Of a stretch of 64,000 bases of DNA, positions 1 to 14,183 are shown in pieces; the first letter of the stretch is position 1, and each line of letters opens with the position of its first letter. A model generated the notes under the pieces. The model had not been told where the DNA came from and made no database searches. It saw only the letters and a list, made by a program, of their open reading frames with translations. Origin of the DNA: Octopus vulgaris (Eukaryota); contig OX597832.1 of NCBI GenBank assembly GCA_951406725.2, forward strand, positions 31,744,001 through 31,808,000, read 5' to 3'. The position numbers and the translations under genes were made by a program.

Positions 1-100
1 TTTGCATTCTTTGTAATCCTTGACTTGCTTTCCATTTTCCTCCTCTCGTTATTTGCGTATTTCATGTTGTTTACTATTGGTGACGTCCTGTACCCATATA

Positions 101-168
<68 letters not shown>

Positions 169-199
169 TGTATGTATGTATATATATATATATATTTCA

Positions 200-546
200 A
201 CAATTGAGGGTAAAATTAATTAATTAATCAATTTCACCAAGTATTCAGTATGCAAAGGGACCATTTAAGGCGAATTCAAATTATTACATTATATAAAAGG
301 GCTTAGTAAAATAAATAAAGAAGTGTCGATTTTGACTAATCTTGAAACGTACGTTCTCAAATAACCTTTGCATTTGATTTATTAATGTTTCTACCCTCAT
401 ACTTTCGTGAGTTGAGTTGAGCAAACACTATATGAGAGAGATTTTCTTTAAGTATTGGAAATAGTTTTTAAAAAGTTTTTTTAGCTGCTATTTCTAATGA
501 GTTCAGTATGCGGCAAAGTAATTTATTTTACTAAGCCCTTTTATAT
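200..546. mobile_element. Penelope-like terminal-repeat remnant with inverted end, between (TA)n arrays
   Basis: TATATAAAAGGGCTTAGTAAAATAAAT (~290-316) is reverse-complemented at ~520-546. GAAACGTACGTT at ~345-356 resembles the 3' half of a minimal HHR (GAAA, palindromic stem III, GUU). Both ends run into (TA)n. Confidence 0.5.
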
Positions 547-1519
547 AATATATATATATATATATATATAATATATGTATATACAGCATATATATGTATT
601 TACACACACACTCACACACATATATATATACACTCACTTTCATCCATATATACAGGTGTAAACATACATGTAATACATTATCCTGTAAGTCGTTGCTAAA
701 CACATCTCATTTGCATATATGTAAATTTTGCCTCCATGTATGCATGCGTTTGCACCTATACATACGTTTATTCATTCATGCATACATACATAGATGAGTG
801 CGTATGCATGTGTATGCGTGTATGTATGTACGTTCGTGTGTATGTGTTTTTATAAGCATACATACGTGTAAGTCTATATACACATGCATGTATACACACG
901 TCAAATAATCGTCACTTGTTTTATCGATGAGTTCCATCTCCGTTTGCTGCATCCGTGTTTGTTCGAGTATTTTGTTTGTTTGGTTATTTGTTGAGTTCTG
1001 TACGATATACGACATGGAATCTCACAGCAAACAAACTGCCGAATGCGTACATATAAATACATATATGTATATATGTACTTGTATATATATAAATCTGTAT
1101 ACACATACACACACAGGCACACACACACGCATATGTACGTGTATATATTTACTGTATAGAGATGCAGTGATATACTAATATGCATACACACGCACACAAT
1201 ATACACAGACACATAGACACACGCACAAATACGTAAACATATATATATATAGTACGTTATATTTTTTTAGACATTTCTTTTCCCGTATACAGAAGCATAA
1301 AGTATGTATGTATGTATGTATATATGTCCGTTTGTATGTTCGTATGAATCTATATAGGCATCTTATATCTATATGTGTGTGTGTATGATTATATGTATGC
1401 ATGTATATTTATTCAAATTCGGATTTCGCATACACTCATGCATGCGCGAACACACACGCACATATAACATATATATGAAACAGACAATTCTACGCACACA
1501 CGATTCCTTCCAAACAAGA

Positions 1520-1870
1520 GAGGACACTACCAACATCTCTTCTTGCAGTGATATAAAAACTGAAGAGAAAGACCTAGCCATCCTCCTCACGATACAGGAT
1601 CGCGTAGACTTTCTTGCCACGCGCCCCTCTATATCACGCTTAAAGATCATAAACCCAACGGCTCTGGATAGGGATTGATGGCCTGGCACGTGTGAAGCCA
1701 TTTGAACGGGTATGCTGTAAATTCAGAAAGAATTTGATAATATGGTCAAAGAATATGGTCAAACTACAAGTGTCACCACCGATTTGAGGAAGATTGACTT
1801 CCAGGATGTAAGAATATACCTCGAGACGGTTCACAAACACAAGACACACTCTATATAGAAGATATCCAAT
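1520..1870 (+). pseudogene. Penelope-like element reverse transcriptase remnant
   Basis: Frameshifted translation DIKTEEKDLAILLTIQDRVDFLATRP / YITLKDHKPN ... TSVTTDLRKIDFQDVRIYLET resembles PLE RT motifs (FITLKDHKPNF; VNFLDVTLNL). Confidence 0.7.
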
Positions 1871-2082
1871 AGAGTAAACAACGACCAACATAAAGACCAC
1901 AGTTCGCATTACACACAACACACAATACAACAAAAGACTGCAACACCAGGAAGAGTTTGCATTCACCCAATAACAAAAAAAAAGCAACAACAAAAAACAC
2001 AATGCTGACACACCCCAGTGACAAGGAGGTGTAACAGGTGATGCATTAGAAAATTGCCTTAAGCTGCAAAATTTTTAATAAC

Positions 2083-2520
<438 letters not shown>

Positions 2521-2539
2521 AATAATAATGATAATAATA

Positions 2540-2744
2540 AAAATGCACCGGAGTCTTTAGTCATCAGTCAAGTCACAACAGACAGATGTGTGCTGTGACC
2601 AATAAGGCTGCTTTTTGCATGACATCAATCTTGCATGGGATTTCCAGTTGCCTTAAGATGTCTTGAAGTTTCCATGTGATTCAGCCCAACGCTCCGATCA
2701 CCACTGGTATCACTGTTACATTACTCTCTCGCATTCCATACAGT

Positions 2745-2745
<1 letters not shown>
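2540..2745 (-). mobile_element. R4/Dong-clade LINE 3' fragment (restriction-like endonuclease C-terminus)
   Basis: Minus-strand translation RLYGMRESNVTVIPVVIGALG*ITWKLQDILRQLEIPCKIDVMQKAALLVTAHI matches the PVVIGALG...QKxALLGTARI tail of RLE LINEs; its 3' end abuts a (TAA)n array. Confidence 0.75.
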
Positions 2746-3137
<392 letters not shown>

Positions 3138-3457
3138 TCATTGCAGTAATTAGAAAGAAATGGAAAAATGCTTATAAACTAATTTCTGATTATCTTAAGG
3201 CGAAAATATTCTAATCTTTTAATATTGCTTCGTGAATTAGAAGAAACGCCATTTTATTTTTCATCTTTCACAAAATGTTTTACGCTTTTATATTCGTAAT
3301 ATTTTTAATAAATGAAGAGATTTTGCTAATCATGTTAGAAGATGGCTGTATTAAACTATAATAACAGAAAAATATAGCGCCATATTTATTGTATTGTGAC
3401 GCACATGCTTAAAGAAACGTCTTTGCATGCATCACGATACACCATAAACGCGCGCCG

Positions 3458-3492
<35 letters not shown>

Positions 3493-3499
<7 letters not shown>

Positions 3500-3793
3500 A
3501 TCACGTGACCGACCAGACCATCAGATGTTGTTACACATCGCTGGTCACAATGCGTTCGCATTGTTTTAGCCTTCGAATGACGCCACCCCGCTGGCTAAGC
3601 GAGCAGGCCAACAGAAGAAAGAGTGGGAGAAAGAGTGGTGAAAGAGGACAGCAGGGATCACCACCCCCTGCCGGAGACTCGTGGAGCTTTTAGGTGTTTT
3701 CGCTCAATAAACACACAAACGCCCGGTCTGGGAATCGAAACCGCGATCCTGCGACCGCGAGTCCGCTGCCCTAACCACTAGGCCATTGCGCCT

Positions 3794-3795
<2 letters not shown>
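3493..3795 (-). mobile_element. tRNA-derived SINE, full length
   Basis: Minus strand begins GGAGGCGCAATGGCCTAGTGGTTAGGGCAGCGGACTCGCGGTCGCAGGATCGCGGTTTCGATTCCC (A and B boxes); its tail ends in (TA)n. Confidence 0.9.
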
Positions 3796-3868
<73 letters not shown>

Positions 3869-6322
3869 CGAATGCATACATACATATATAAGCTTGTTTG
3901 AGTTTTTATAAATGAGTGATCCAGTACTCCAGTACTCAATACATACTGTAGAGTATATATATATATTTGTCTAAATTCGGAGATTCTCCACGTAACTACT
4001 CGGAGTTTTGCACGCGATGAGATCATTCAAGTGACAAGATATACGGGTCTTTTGTTTCTACCGGAAGTCATTACATCACATTTCAAATATTCAAATGCCG
4101 TTAGAAACACAAGATCATGGAAGTTATTCGTTGTATTATCTGCCATAATAGTGGACTAGTTACTAGAGTATATTGTCTTGACACTCTCCTTATGAGCAAT
4201 ACTCTCGTAGCTTACTTAATCTTGGATAGATTTTAATTATTGATTCGCCAGCCTGTACCATAGAATGAGGCTTGTTTTAGTATTTGTTTAGTATGTCAGT
4301 ATTAAATTTAAAGACATCTGTTTAATATATATCGGTGGATTTTGGTCTAAGTTTCATTTGGTACTTTTTCCTGTTGGTGCTTATAGAGAAGGACTCATCT
4401 TTGTTATGAAAAGCGTTTCTTGTTACTAAGATGCAGAATTTGTTTTGCCATACTTAATAAGCAACCATGTCTATGGTATGTGTGGACTTAATTTTCTATA
4501 ACGTTTCATTCAATTGGGATATTTGTTGATTCTTCTACTTTCGAGTTTCCAGCTGTATTGAAGCTCCAACTACAACAACATCATCAACAACAACAACAAC
4601 AACAGCAACAACAACAACAACAACAACAATAATAATAACCATTGTCATCATCATCATCATCCTTAATTTCCCATTTTTTTCGTTTCTAGTAACAGGCATA
4701 CCTCTGCTACCGCTAATACTAATGACACCACCATATCGCCACCACCACCTGCATCATTCACCATCACTATTACCCCCACCACCACTATGAATAGCACCAC
4801 CACAATTGCAACTACCACCTCCATCGCCACCGCCACTAGCAACACCACCACCACCACCGACAACAACAACAACTATGACCCCCATACAGTAAGAGAAAGA
4901 AGAGCTACACCGTAACAGCCCCTAATTCAAGCAATCAACGTAACCTACCCCACTCTGACCCTCACCCGTCCAGATCCCCTTCAATCCCCATCAGCCACAT
5001 ATTTCCACCCCTTCCTTCATCTCTCTCACGTCCCACTGTGTTATATTTCTCTTACACTTTCCTCTGACCGACACACAGACACACGTTCACACGCGCACAC
5101 GCACACATGAATCCTTTTGCAAAATTCATCTCATAAAATCAAACTCAAACCCCTGCTCGCCTAACATCCCTCGCGCCACCACCACCACCACCACAAACAC
5201 CCCCTTCACCCTTTATTTTACACTCGATCCATCCATTACTTCAACTTCGACCCCTGTCCAAATGATTCAGCGCTGATCCTTTAATAATTCCTGTAGTTTC
5301 CAAAGAACAAAACCCGAGCATCGAATTCTTTGAAATCCTCTGCCAAACACATCAAACAAAATTACAAGGAATTCCAGCGATATCCACACTTTTTATGCAT
5401 TTATTCTTACTTATTCCTTTTGTATGTCGGTTATTTTCCGTTTCTTTTCTTTCATGATTGATTCTACTTAAACCTCCACGATTTTTGAAGTCTGTCTTTA
5501 TAATGTTCACTCAACTGTTGCCCTTGTGGCAAGAAAAGAAATGCTGATAATGATTGTTGTTGGCAGCGAAGATGCATGCGTGTACACAGAGCTTTTGTTG
5601 CAACATATATTCTTCCAGCAATACTATGTGGAATTAAAAGCATTTTTTTTTGTTTTGGAACGGTGAAACTTGATGCAGATAACTCTATAAAAATTGGCGG
5701 GTAAGCGTTAGATTAAAAATCCTTACGGACACGAACCCACATCGACGTTTTCAATCGAAAAATGTTTTTATCCAATATTTACTAGCTTTTCTCGAAGCTT
5801 TATCTGCTTCGAGTTTCAGCGTTGAATTATTTCCCTTTCTGTTGAAGGTTATAAATACTTATGACGACAAAATTATTATCTTTTGAATTTATTTCACCCA
5901 TAAATAGCTTCAGAATATTTGAACCTCCACTCTTCTGCCAAAAGTTAGGAAAAATTATTTGTCTTTAGATATTTTTTAGCGTAAACGCATTCTTTCTTTC
6001 GTTCTTTCTTTCTTTCTTTCTTTGCGAACATCCGTTTTTGCGTGTTTGTGGTTCAAGATAGCAACCTTTATGGTAGAGAGGAGAAATGTCAGTAGCCATG
6101 GAGTAGCGGTGACTGCTTCCACAACAGTTTTAACAAATTGAAAACGGATTCAAAATAAAGATAAACTGAAAAGTACTACCAGTGGCCGCTGAGGGCGCTG
6201 TGTTGAAAAGAAGCAACTCAGCCTGTTCTATTTGTAATTACTGGTAGAAAAACAATAACAATAATATATATATATATATATATAAAGATACACACATACT
6301 ACATACATACATACATACATAC

Positions 6323-6385
<63 letters not shown>

Positions 6386-6389
<4 letters not shown>

Positions 6390-6542
6390 AGAAATGGTAA
6401 GACAATAAAAGAATGAAAGAGACCTCGATATTATGTAAATTTATCTGTAAATATAATATGTAACAATTATTCGGTAGCCATGATAAAGCTCCGCCCAGAC
6501 ATCCGGAACTCGGAGTTTTATCATGGCTACAGAATAATTGTC
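6386..6542. mobile_element. Short inverted-end remnant between (TA)n arrays (PLE-type terminus)
   Basis: ACAATTATTCGGTAGCCATGATAAAGCTCCG (~6463-6493) is imperfectly inverted as CGGAGTTTTATCATGGCTACAGAATAATTGT (~6511-6541). Confidence 0.55.
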
Positions 6543-6846
6543 ATATATATATATATAGCATTATTGACTTTTTGTAAAGTAACACAAATTAATATAATGA
6601 ACTATTTACTATATATGTCTGCATTAAGTATGAATATATCTGTTGTAATTTCTTAATATTGGATGATGAACTGTAACATTCAATATAGAAGATTATTATG
6701 TTTATTGATATATATTAATTTATATTATTTATTTATATTATTATGCATGTGTATATGTGTATATATGTAAGGATATGAGTATATATGCACTCATATTTAT
6801 ATTTGTATGTAAATGATTTTTGGGTATGTACTCATAGTTACATTAG

Positions 6847-6962
6847 AATCTCCGAAGAGGCCGTGAGATATTTTTGTTAATGTCTCATTTATACCTGCAA
6901 TATATGGCTAATATAGGTTAAATGAGACATACATATCTGCATGGCCGAAACAGCTGTCAGTT
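6847..6962 (+). ncRNA. Type I hammerhead ribozyme motif with long stem II, in a PLE-like terminal repeat (~6560-7150)
   Basis: Core CCGAAGA; stem II GGCCGTG.AGATAT...ATATCT.GCATGGCC with inner ATGTCTCATTT/AAATGAGACAT arms; GAAA; palindromic stem III ACAGCTGT; GUC site; weak stem I. The element ends in (TA)n at 7152. Confidence 0.75.
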
Positions 6963-7196
6963 ATAATGTATATGTATTTTTATACCTTGTTATATTTATT
7001 TAGTTATATCTCTTTATATTGATTGTAATTATTGTGCTGTATTAATGTCTAATATTAATGCTCTTGTGTAGTGTTTTAATAAAGTATATGATTCGGTATT
7101 ATCTGATAGTTGATGAATGATTTAGATATATTTCTCCATTTTCTCATTTTGTATATATATATATATATATATATATATACTGGTATTCACTTCGTT

Positions 7197-8254
7197 GAAT
7201 TTTTGAATTTCTAATTCAATTTTTGAATTTCTAATATTTGGGTAATATATTAAAGTTTTAAAGTTTTCTTGAGATGTTCGTTTGTCTGTCCAGTTGCAGA
7301 ATACAGCAGGACTTTTGCAATGAAAAGGATGTTTAAATTTTCGAATGCTCAGGGAGAATCAAAAAGAAAAGAAAACAAGTTGTAGATAGTGAAGTTTTAA
7401 GATTTACTAAATATGGTCTTTTGTATGACCACACAGAGAGAAATGGTTCTTAGAATAAAAAGGGTGATCGTTTGTTTGTTCGAAAGCTGTAAGTTTCCTG
7501 ACGTATTTTATTTTGAGGGAGATTTAAAATATTCACAGGAAATTGTAGATATTCCAGTCTTTGGGAATAATAGGAGGAAGAGATGTTCACCTTGTTAGAT
7601 TTTTGAATTTCTAAATTTCTTTCTCTTTTTCTTTTGGAATTTTTCTCTTCTTTTTAAAAGTTTTGCTGTGGTTTTCAGTTTTTGTAGTTGCGCAGAATGT
7701 ATATATTGGAAGGTGCTTACTTCCTTATTCTTTTATCGTGCATTTAATTGTGTTGTTACAATAGAAGGCATGTTTACATATTCTGTTAGTCAGGAAAGAA
7801 GGAAAGACAAAGTGTTCACACAAAATTGGAGATATTAAAGTTTCTAAATTGTTTGAGGTGTTCGTTTGTATGTCCGTTCAGAGAAAACATTTTTTTTCTT
7901 CTTTACAATATAAGGATGTTTACATTTTCGAATATTCAAGGAAAAAGGAATCACAAGAAAAGTGAGGTAAACATTTTTTCACAGAAAATTGTAGATATGA
8001 AGTTTTTAACATTTACAGTAGATGATCTTTTGTCTGTCCGAACAGAGAAAACTGAAGTGTTCTTGGAATAAAGAGGATGTTTGCATTTTCAGGGGGAAAG
8101 GAAAAGTGATAAGTATTCACAGAAGGTGTAGATATTAAAGGTTTTAAAGTTGATTGTTTATGTGTTCGAACGCTGCAGATGTGTAAGTTCCTTAACTTAC
8201 TTTGAGGGCAATTCAAAATACTCACAGGAAACTAGATATTCCAGTCTTTTAGAG

Positions 8255-8255
<1 letters not shown>
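7197..8255. repeat. Diverged tandem repeat (~105-165 bp units) with a larger internal duplication
   Basis: Recurring GTAGATATTAAAGTTTT...GTTCGTTTGTCTGTCC...AGGATGTTTACATTTTCG motifs near 7247, 7381, 7545, 7830, 7990, 8128 and 8233. Confidence 0.7.
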
Positions 8256-8320
<65 letters not shown>

Positions 8321-8324
8321 ATCG

Positions 8325-8625
8325 TTATTGGAAATCTTTTACATTTGTTAGCAGGGATTTTATTTTGATGTTTGGTGATAAGTCAGCCGAAATCTCAAGA
8401 ACCTTTCTTAGTACTCTTGTGGGAATAGAGAACGGCACTTTTGTGCAGGTCGACCATGCGGCAGTCGGTTCCAGTATCCTTCAGACTTTTCGGTAGCAGC
8501 ATAATTGTGGTGCCAAATGCACCAATTATCACAGGATTGATTGTCACTTTTGTCTTCTAAAATCTCTTCATCTCTAGACTTGGATCCTCATATTTCACGC
8601 TTTTCCCAAATTCTTTGATATCCAC
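8325..8625 (-). mobile_element. R4/Dong-clade LINE 3' fragment
   Basis: Minus translation KSVKYEDPSLEMKRF*KTKVTINPVIIGAFGT...DLHKSAVLYS..RVLRKVLE; the 3' end runs into the (TAA)n array at 8255-8320. Confidence 0.75.
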
Positions 8626-9095
8626 TCTATGCAAAGTGTTTTTTTTTACTCCAATTTCGCGGCTTCTATTACTATTTCAGCCTCAATGTGTTGGGGTATT
8701 TCACTTTTTTTTATTCAGCTGTTGTAATTGTTGTTTTTATTTTCTTTAGTGTTTCTTTTCCTTTTTTGTTTTTTTTGTTGCATTTTAATCTTTCTGCTCC
8801 GTAGTTACGAAACAACATGGCGGCATGTCATTTCGAACGAGGTTGTCGGTCCGTCTATCATTCGGCAAGTGGTTGGTAGAGGGAGAGGGAAAGAGAGAGA
8901 GAGAGAGAGGGAAAGAGAGAGAGAGAGAGGGAAAGAGAGAGAGAGAGAAAAAGAGATTGGGAGAAAGAAAGCCTAGTAAGTTGAGAGCCATTGAGCGTAT
9001 GTGTGTGTGTGTGTGTGTGTGTGTATTTACTTATCGTCAAGTGTGGCTCTAAAAGAAATTCAAGGCGTGATGATATGGAGTTACTATCTGGTTAT

Positions 9096-9135
<40 letters not shown>

Positions 9136-9236
9136 GTATATATATTTAGGTATATGTATGTATAAATATGTATATTTATATATGTGTGTGTATGTGTCTG
9201 TTGTGTGTGTGTATATATATACACTCCCACCCCCAC

Positions 9237-9290
<54 letters not shown>

Positions 9291-9416
9291 TATAGGTATA
9301 TGTATATATATAAATATGTATATTTATATGTGTGTGTGTGTATATATATACACGCCCACACACACAGATATATATATATATAAAGAGACCGAGTGTAAGA
9401 GAGAGTGTGAAAGAAA

Positions 9417-9447
<31 letters not shown>

Positions 9448-9787
9448 TTGATGAAATAAAACGTTTTACAAAGAGATCAATGAAGGGAATTGAGTCGAAA
9501 GATAGAGGTGTATATGTACTTGTCTACAGAGAGGAATCATAGATACCGAGAAAGAAGAGAGTGATATACAGAGAGGGAGAGAGAGTGAGAGGGTGAGAGA
9601 GAGAGAGAAGGAGAGAGCGCGAAAGAGTTCGAGAGATGGGAGAGACAGGAATAGAGAAAAAGGCCTGAGAGAGAAAATATTAATATCTGGTGAAATAGGA
9701 TGTGTTGCATTTTAGGAAGACTTTCCTTCCCACATCAAAGGCGCGAAATATTGAATGGGAGAAAGGGAAATATATATATAGAGAAAG

Positions 9788-9823
<36 letters not shown>

Positions 9824-9972
9824 AGAGAGAGAAGAAGCGAGTATTAAGGGAATCAGAGAAGAGATGTAGAACCATGGAGAAAATAGAAATGAAAACTTTA
9901 AAATCAGAGACTGTGTGCGCGTATGTGTATGCGTGCTTTTGTAGATATGTCCGTGTATGGGAACGTATAAGT

Positions 9973-10003
<31 letters not shown>

Positions 10004-10363
10004 CATATAAATGTATGTGTTTGCGAGTGTGTGTGGATATATGTTATTGCTGTTGATGTTGTTGTTGTTGTTGCGTAAAAATTAATCATTGTATCCAAAT
10101 ATTCAGTCGGATGGAAATATTCTAAAGACTTCGTCTCTGTGAAATTACGGATTTTGTACGCCTTGCATAGCCACTGATGCGAAGGGCCGTGTGTGCATTT
10201 GCGTGCGTGCGTGCGTGCGTGTGTGTGTGTGTGTGTGTGTAGTGGTGTCTTTAAACGTTCTTCTACTTCACAATTCGATTGCAGAACCAAAACTTAAAAC
10301 ATACTTTAATAATACCACCGTATACCGAACATTGTCACCACCACCGCCGCCGCAGCCACCACG

Positions 10364-10434
<71 letters not shown>

Positions 10435-11515
10435 ATTATCATCAGAAGCAGTATTTCCATAAAGATTACCACAATTACCACCAGCACTCACATCACCATC
10501 ATCATCATCATCGATCTCGATCACCACCACCGGCATCCTACTACCTCTACTATCCTCCGCCACCCCTTCATCATAAGTACCATTAACACCACCACCACAA
10601 CCACCACCGTCAACCTCTCTCTTATTTAAACCGAAATCTTCATAACAGAAAACATCGACTCAAAGTACAAAAGTCCTCAATAACTGTGTTTTGCTTTGGT
10701 TACATTCTTTATTGATGTTTTCCTTTTTCTTTTGTTGAAGTTTCTATTTTTATTTTGCTTTTAATTGGTTTGTTCAAACATGAAATTACAAAACAGGCTT
10801 TGTTACGTTAAGTGACTTCAAGTTGAAAATCGTTGCGTGTGCCAACGAAACGTCAGCAGCAAATTTTGGACATACACACACTTGTGTAATTATTTACAGA
10901 CGCACACACACACACACACACACATACACACACACACACAAACACACACGTACACACACACAAACACACACACACACACGCATGCACACACATGCACACA
11001 TACCTACTCTTTCTCTCTCTCACTCACACAGACATTAAATTCTAGGCCGACACGTGTTTCTGATGGATAGGTGTGCTAATGTGATTTTAATGAGAATAAT
11101 ACTATACCTATACATACACACACAAATACATACACAACACACACACAACACACACACATATTTATACACATACACATATAAAACGCATTTGTACAATCAA
11201 AAGTAAACATTCCTTCGCTGGTGGCTAGCGTACCAATTGTCTTAGAGAACATGTTCTCCTTATAGACTGTGTAGCAATCACATCGATATGCTCTCTGAAT
11301 AATGTCATCAGACACCGTTTAAGACATTTTCTTCTGCGTGGTTACACTCCATCACAAAGAAACACCGAATCAGCTGCTCGCTGCTAAGTAAGAACGCATT
11401 TACTATATGTAACCAGCAAAAAAAAAAAAAAGAAAAGAAACATTTGCTGGCGTATGCTAAGCTTTGATAAGCTAGAAATAATGTATGCAAGCCAAGCAAC
11501 GACAACTACAATGTA

Positions 11516-11591
<76 letters not shown>

Positions 11592-11596
<5 letters not shown>

Positions 11597-11949
11597 GAAT
11601 GGAGTCGAACGAAGATGTTAACAAAATTCCTTTACTCTCGACATATGTTTCGAAGACAACATGTTTTCATTCCAAAGGAATAAAGGGTGCATTATGCAAA
11701 CTTATCAGGAAAGAAAGGAAGCCTCTCTCGACAACAAGACAAACAAAAATTTCGATGACTGCCTACATGGTAAACAAAACGATAATGAGTGTTTAAAAAA
11801 AAAACCGTTAGAAGAATTGACGTCAAAGATAGATAGTAGGAAGAGAAGGGTTAAAGGAATAATAGGTAGGGAAAAAGTGGAGAGGGAAGGGTGCGTTGAT
11901 TGAAAGAATGTTCGAAGGCTTAGGAAAGAACATAGGATAATTCATTCAC

Positions 11950-11952
<3 letters not shown>
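11592..11952 (-). mobile_element. PLE-like terminal repeat between (TA)n arrays with a degenerate hammerhead (11635-11713)
   Basis: Minus strand CTTTC-CTGATAA-G...C-GAAA-CATATG-TC-GAGAG: stem I CTTTC/GAGAG, palindromic stem III ACATATGT, GUC site; G8 is mutated and stem II decayed. Confidence 0.6.
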
Positions 11953-12000
<48 letters not shown>

Positions 12001-12039
12001 AACGCACATACACACGTATATATAGAAATACACACACTC

Positions 12040-12090
<51 letters not shown>

Positions 12091-12314
12091 ATACACACAC
12101 ATATATAGAGATAGATAGGTAGATAGATAAACAGATAGAAACACACACATATACACCCACCCACACGTACACACACACACAGACACACACATATATATAC
12201 TTATATATATATATATATACTTCTATATAGCGGCCTATGATTCCATAAGTCAGGAAAAAATGCACTCATTTATCTGTCAATAGAGAGGGTCTATTAATCA
12301 AAGTTTAATATAAA

Positions 12315-12540
12315 AAATAAATGTGCCCTTTTTTAAAGCCTAGCCAGGCTCATGGGCCTGGTTTGTCGGTTTCTATGGCGTATGTGTTCCCCAGTTGAAC
12401 GGAACGCCAGTCCTTCGCAGTGTTACTCAGTTTTGCCAGCTGAGTGGACTGGAGCAACGTGAAATGAAGATCACAAGGAATCGAAATCACAATCTTACGA
12501 TCATGATGCTGACACCCTAACCACTATGCCACGCGCCTCC
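12315..12540 (-). mobile_element. tRNA-derived SINE with CORE-like central domain, internally deleted
   Basis: Minus strand GGAGGCGCGTGGCATAGTGGTTAGGGTG...GATTTCGATTCC head, then CACGTTGCTCCAGTCCACTCAGCTGGCAAAA. Confidence 0.8.
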
Positions 12541-12566
12541 ACATTCATCAAAGTTTACAGTATTAT

Positions 12567-12771
12567 ATATCCAGTGCGCTCAATCTTACTTATCGGTCTC
12601 GCATTAGGAGTTCACCGAGGTTTTAGGCAACAATCCGATTGCGTAACCCTATGCCCTTCATTCTGTAACTGTCATCTCTGAAAAGCGCAGGGTTACATAA
12701 CCGGATGGTTGCTTAACACTCCATTGAAATTTTAGTGAGAAATCGATTGGTAAAATCGATCGTAATGGATA
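12567..12771. mobile_element. Imperfect ~205-bp palindrome (MITE-like foldback)
   Basis: The left half (TATCCAGTGCG...GCAACAATCCGATTGCGTAACCCT) aligns along its length to the reverse complement of the right half (TATCCATTACG...GCAACCATCCGGTTATGTAACCCT); TA-rich flanks. Confidence 0.7.
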
Positions 12772-12908
12772 TATAGTACTGAACACTTCGATTTATATAT
12801 ATATATGTATGTTAGTATGTATGTATATTTGTAAGTATATACCATGTAGACATATATACAAATACACACACACTCACGCACACATACACACACACATACA
12901 TATATGTG

Positions 12909-13235
12909 TAGGCATGGCTGTTATAACAAGCTTACTTCCGTATCAAATAGTTCCGGATTTGGTCCCACTGTGCAGTACCTTAGGTAAGTGTCTTCAGTAG
13001 TCCTGGGGCCAACCAAGGCCTTGTGATTTGATTTGGTATACGGAAAGGTAAGGAAGCCCTTCGCGAATGTACATATATCTGTGTGTGCACCTTTCTGATT
13101 TTCGCGCAAAAAGGGGCCAAATGTAAACTGCAGGCTTAAAGGTAAATATTACGATCGACTTCTTCGATTAAACTCTTCAAGACGATGCCCCAGCAAGGCC
13201 AAAGTCCACCGAGTGAATCAAATAAAAAGAAAAAT
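12909..13235 (+). mobile_element. SINE family B copy (degenerate)
   Basis: Similar to the other copies at 20160, 25835, 49155, 49613, 50112 and 51393 (GGCAAGTGTCTTC, GGAAACTGAAAGAAGCCC and GCCCCAGCATGGCC-like blocks). Confidence 0.75.
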
Positions 13236-14055
13236 ACAAGTCGCATGGATGGAAGCATGGAAGTGAAATATGATAAAAGAAGAATTCACACAGACACACT
13301 GACACACAGACAGACATACTCCCACGAACGAGTACACGTGAACACGCATTTATATAACTCTTAGTTTCGCTAATAACATCTAACAAGAGCAGACCTTGTT
13401 TGCGGATTCTACCATTTAGTTTAGAAGGACAAAATGAATTTCCATCGTCGCTTGGCTTCATGCTCTTGCTTGACGGGATTGGAGTCATCTGAGGTCAGTG
13501 GTCCCGGAGGCGTCATCATGCGTTCAGCCATCCGCATCGTCTATATACTCTAAAAGCTTTAATTAATCGATCTTATTAAAGTTAACTCTCTTGGTGAACG
13601 TTTTCAGATTTCTAACACTGACATATCATTAATTGTTTATTAATTACGTGCAACGGCATCATCAAAGACTTTTTAATTTGTATTACATATGACATAACCA
13701 AAGGTTTATTTCGCTCGTAAATTTATTCTCAGAACGTCTCGGTTTGTTAGACAATCGGCGCATGTGATGTGAAGGAATCTGCTTGCTGGTCAATCCATCG
13801 CAAACGCAGCTGGGCAGTCTTCTGCCGTTTCATTGCTAGTTTCTTAGGAGCAAGGGACTTTGAAGTGATACAGGGACAAAGAGAGAGAGAGAGAGACACA
13901 GACACCTAATCAATACATGCCTACTCTCAACATAAGATAAATACATCCATCTTCACTGTCACTGCGGAAGAGCGTCTTTCATACTGTACGGAAGGAAGAC
14001 AATGAGAGAAAATGAGAGAAGCCGGAGATCTAGAGATTGAACTGTCTTCCTTTCT

Positions 14056-14093
<38 letters not shown>

Positions 14094-14128
14094 CTTTATG
14101 TTATAAAAGTGTATATATACGTACATAT

Positions 14129-14183
<55 letters not shown>

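Noticed and set aside
3720-3795. Possible tRNA gene
   Set aside because: It continues into a SINE body and tail, and the acceptor stem does not close.
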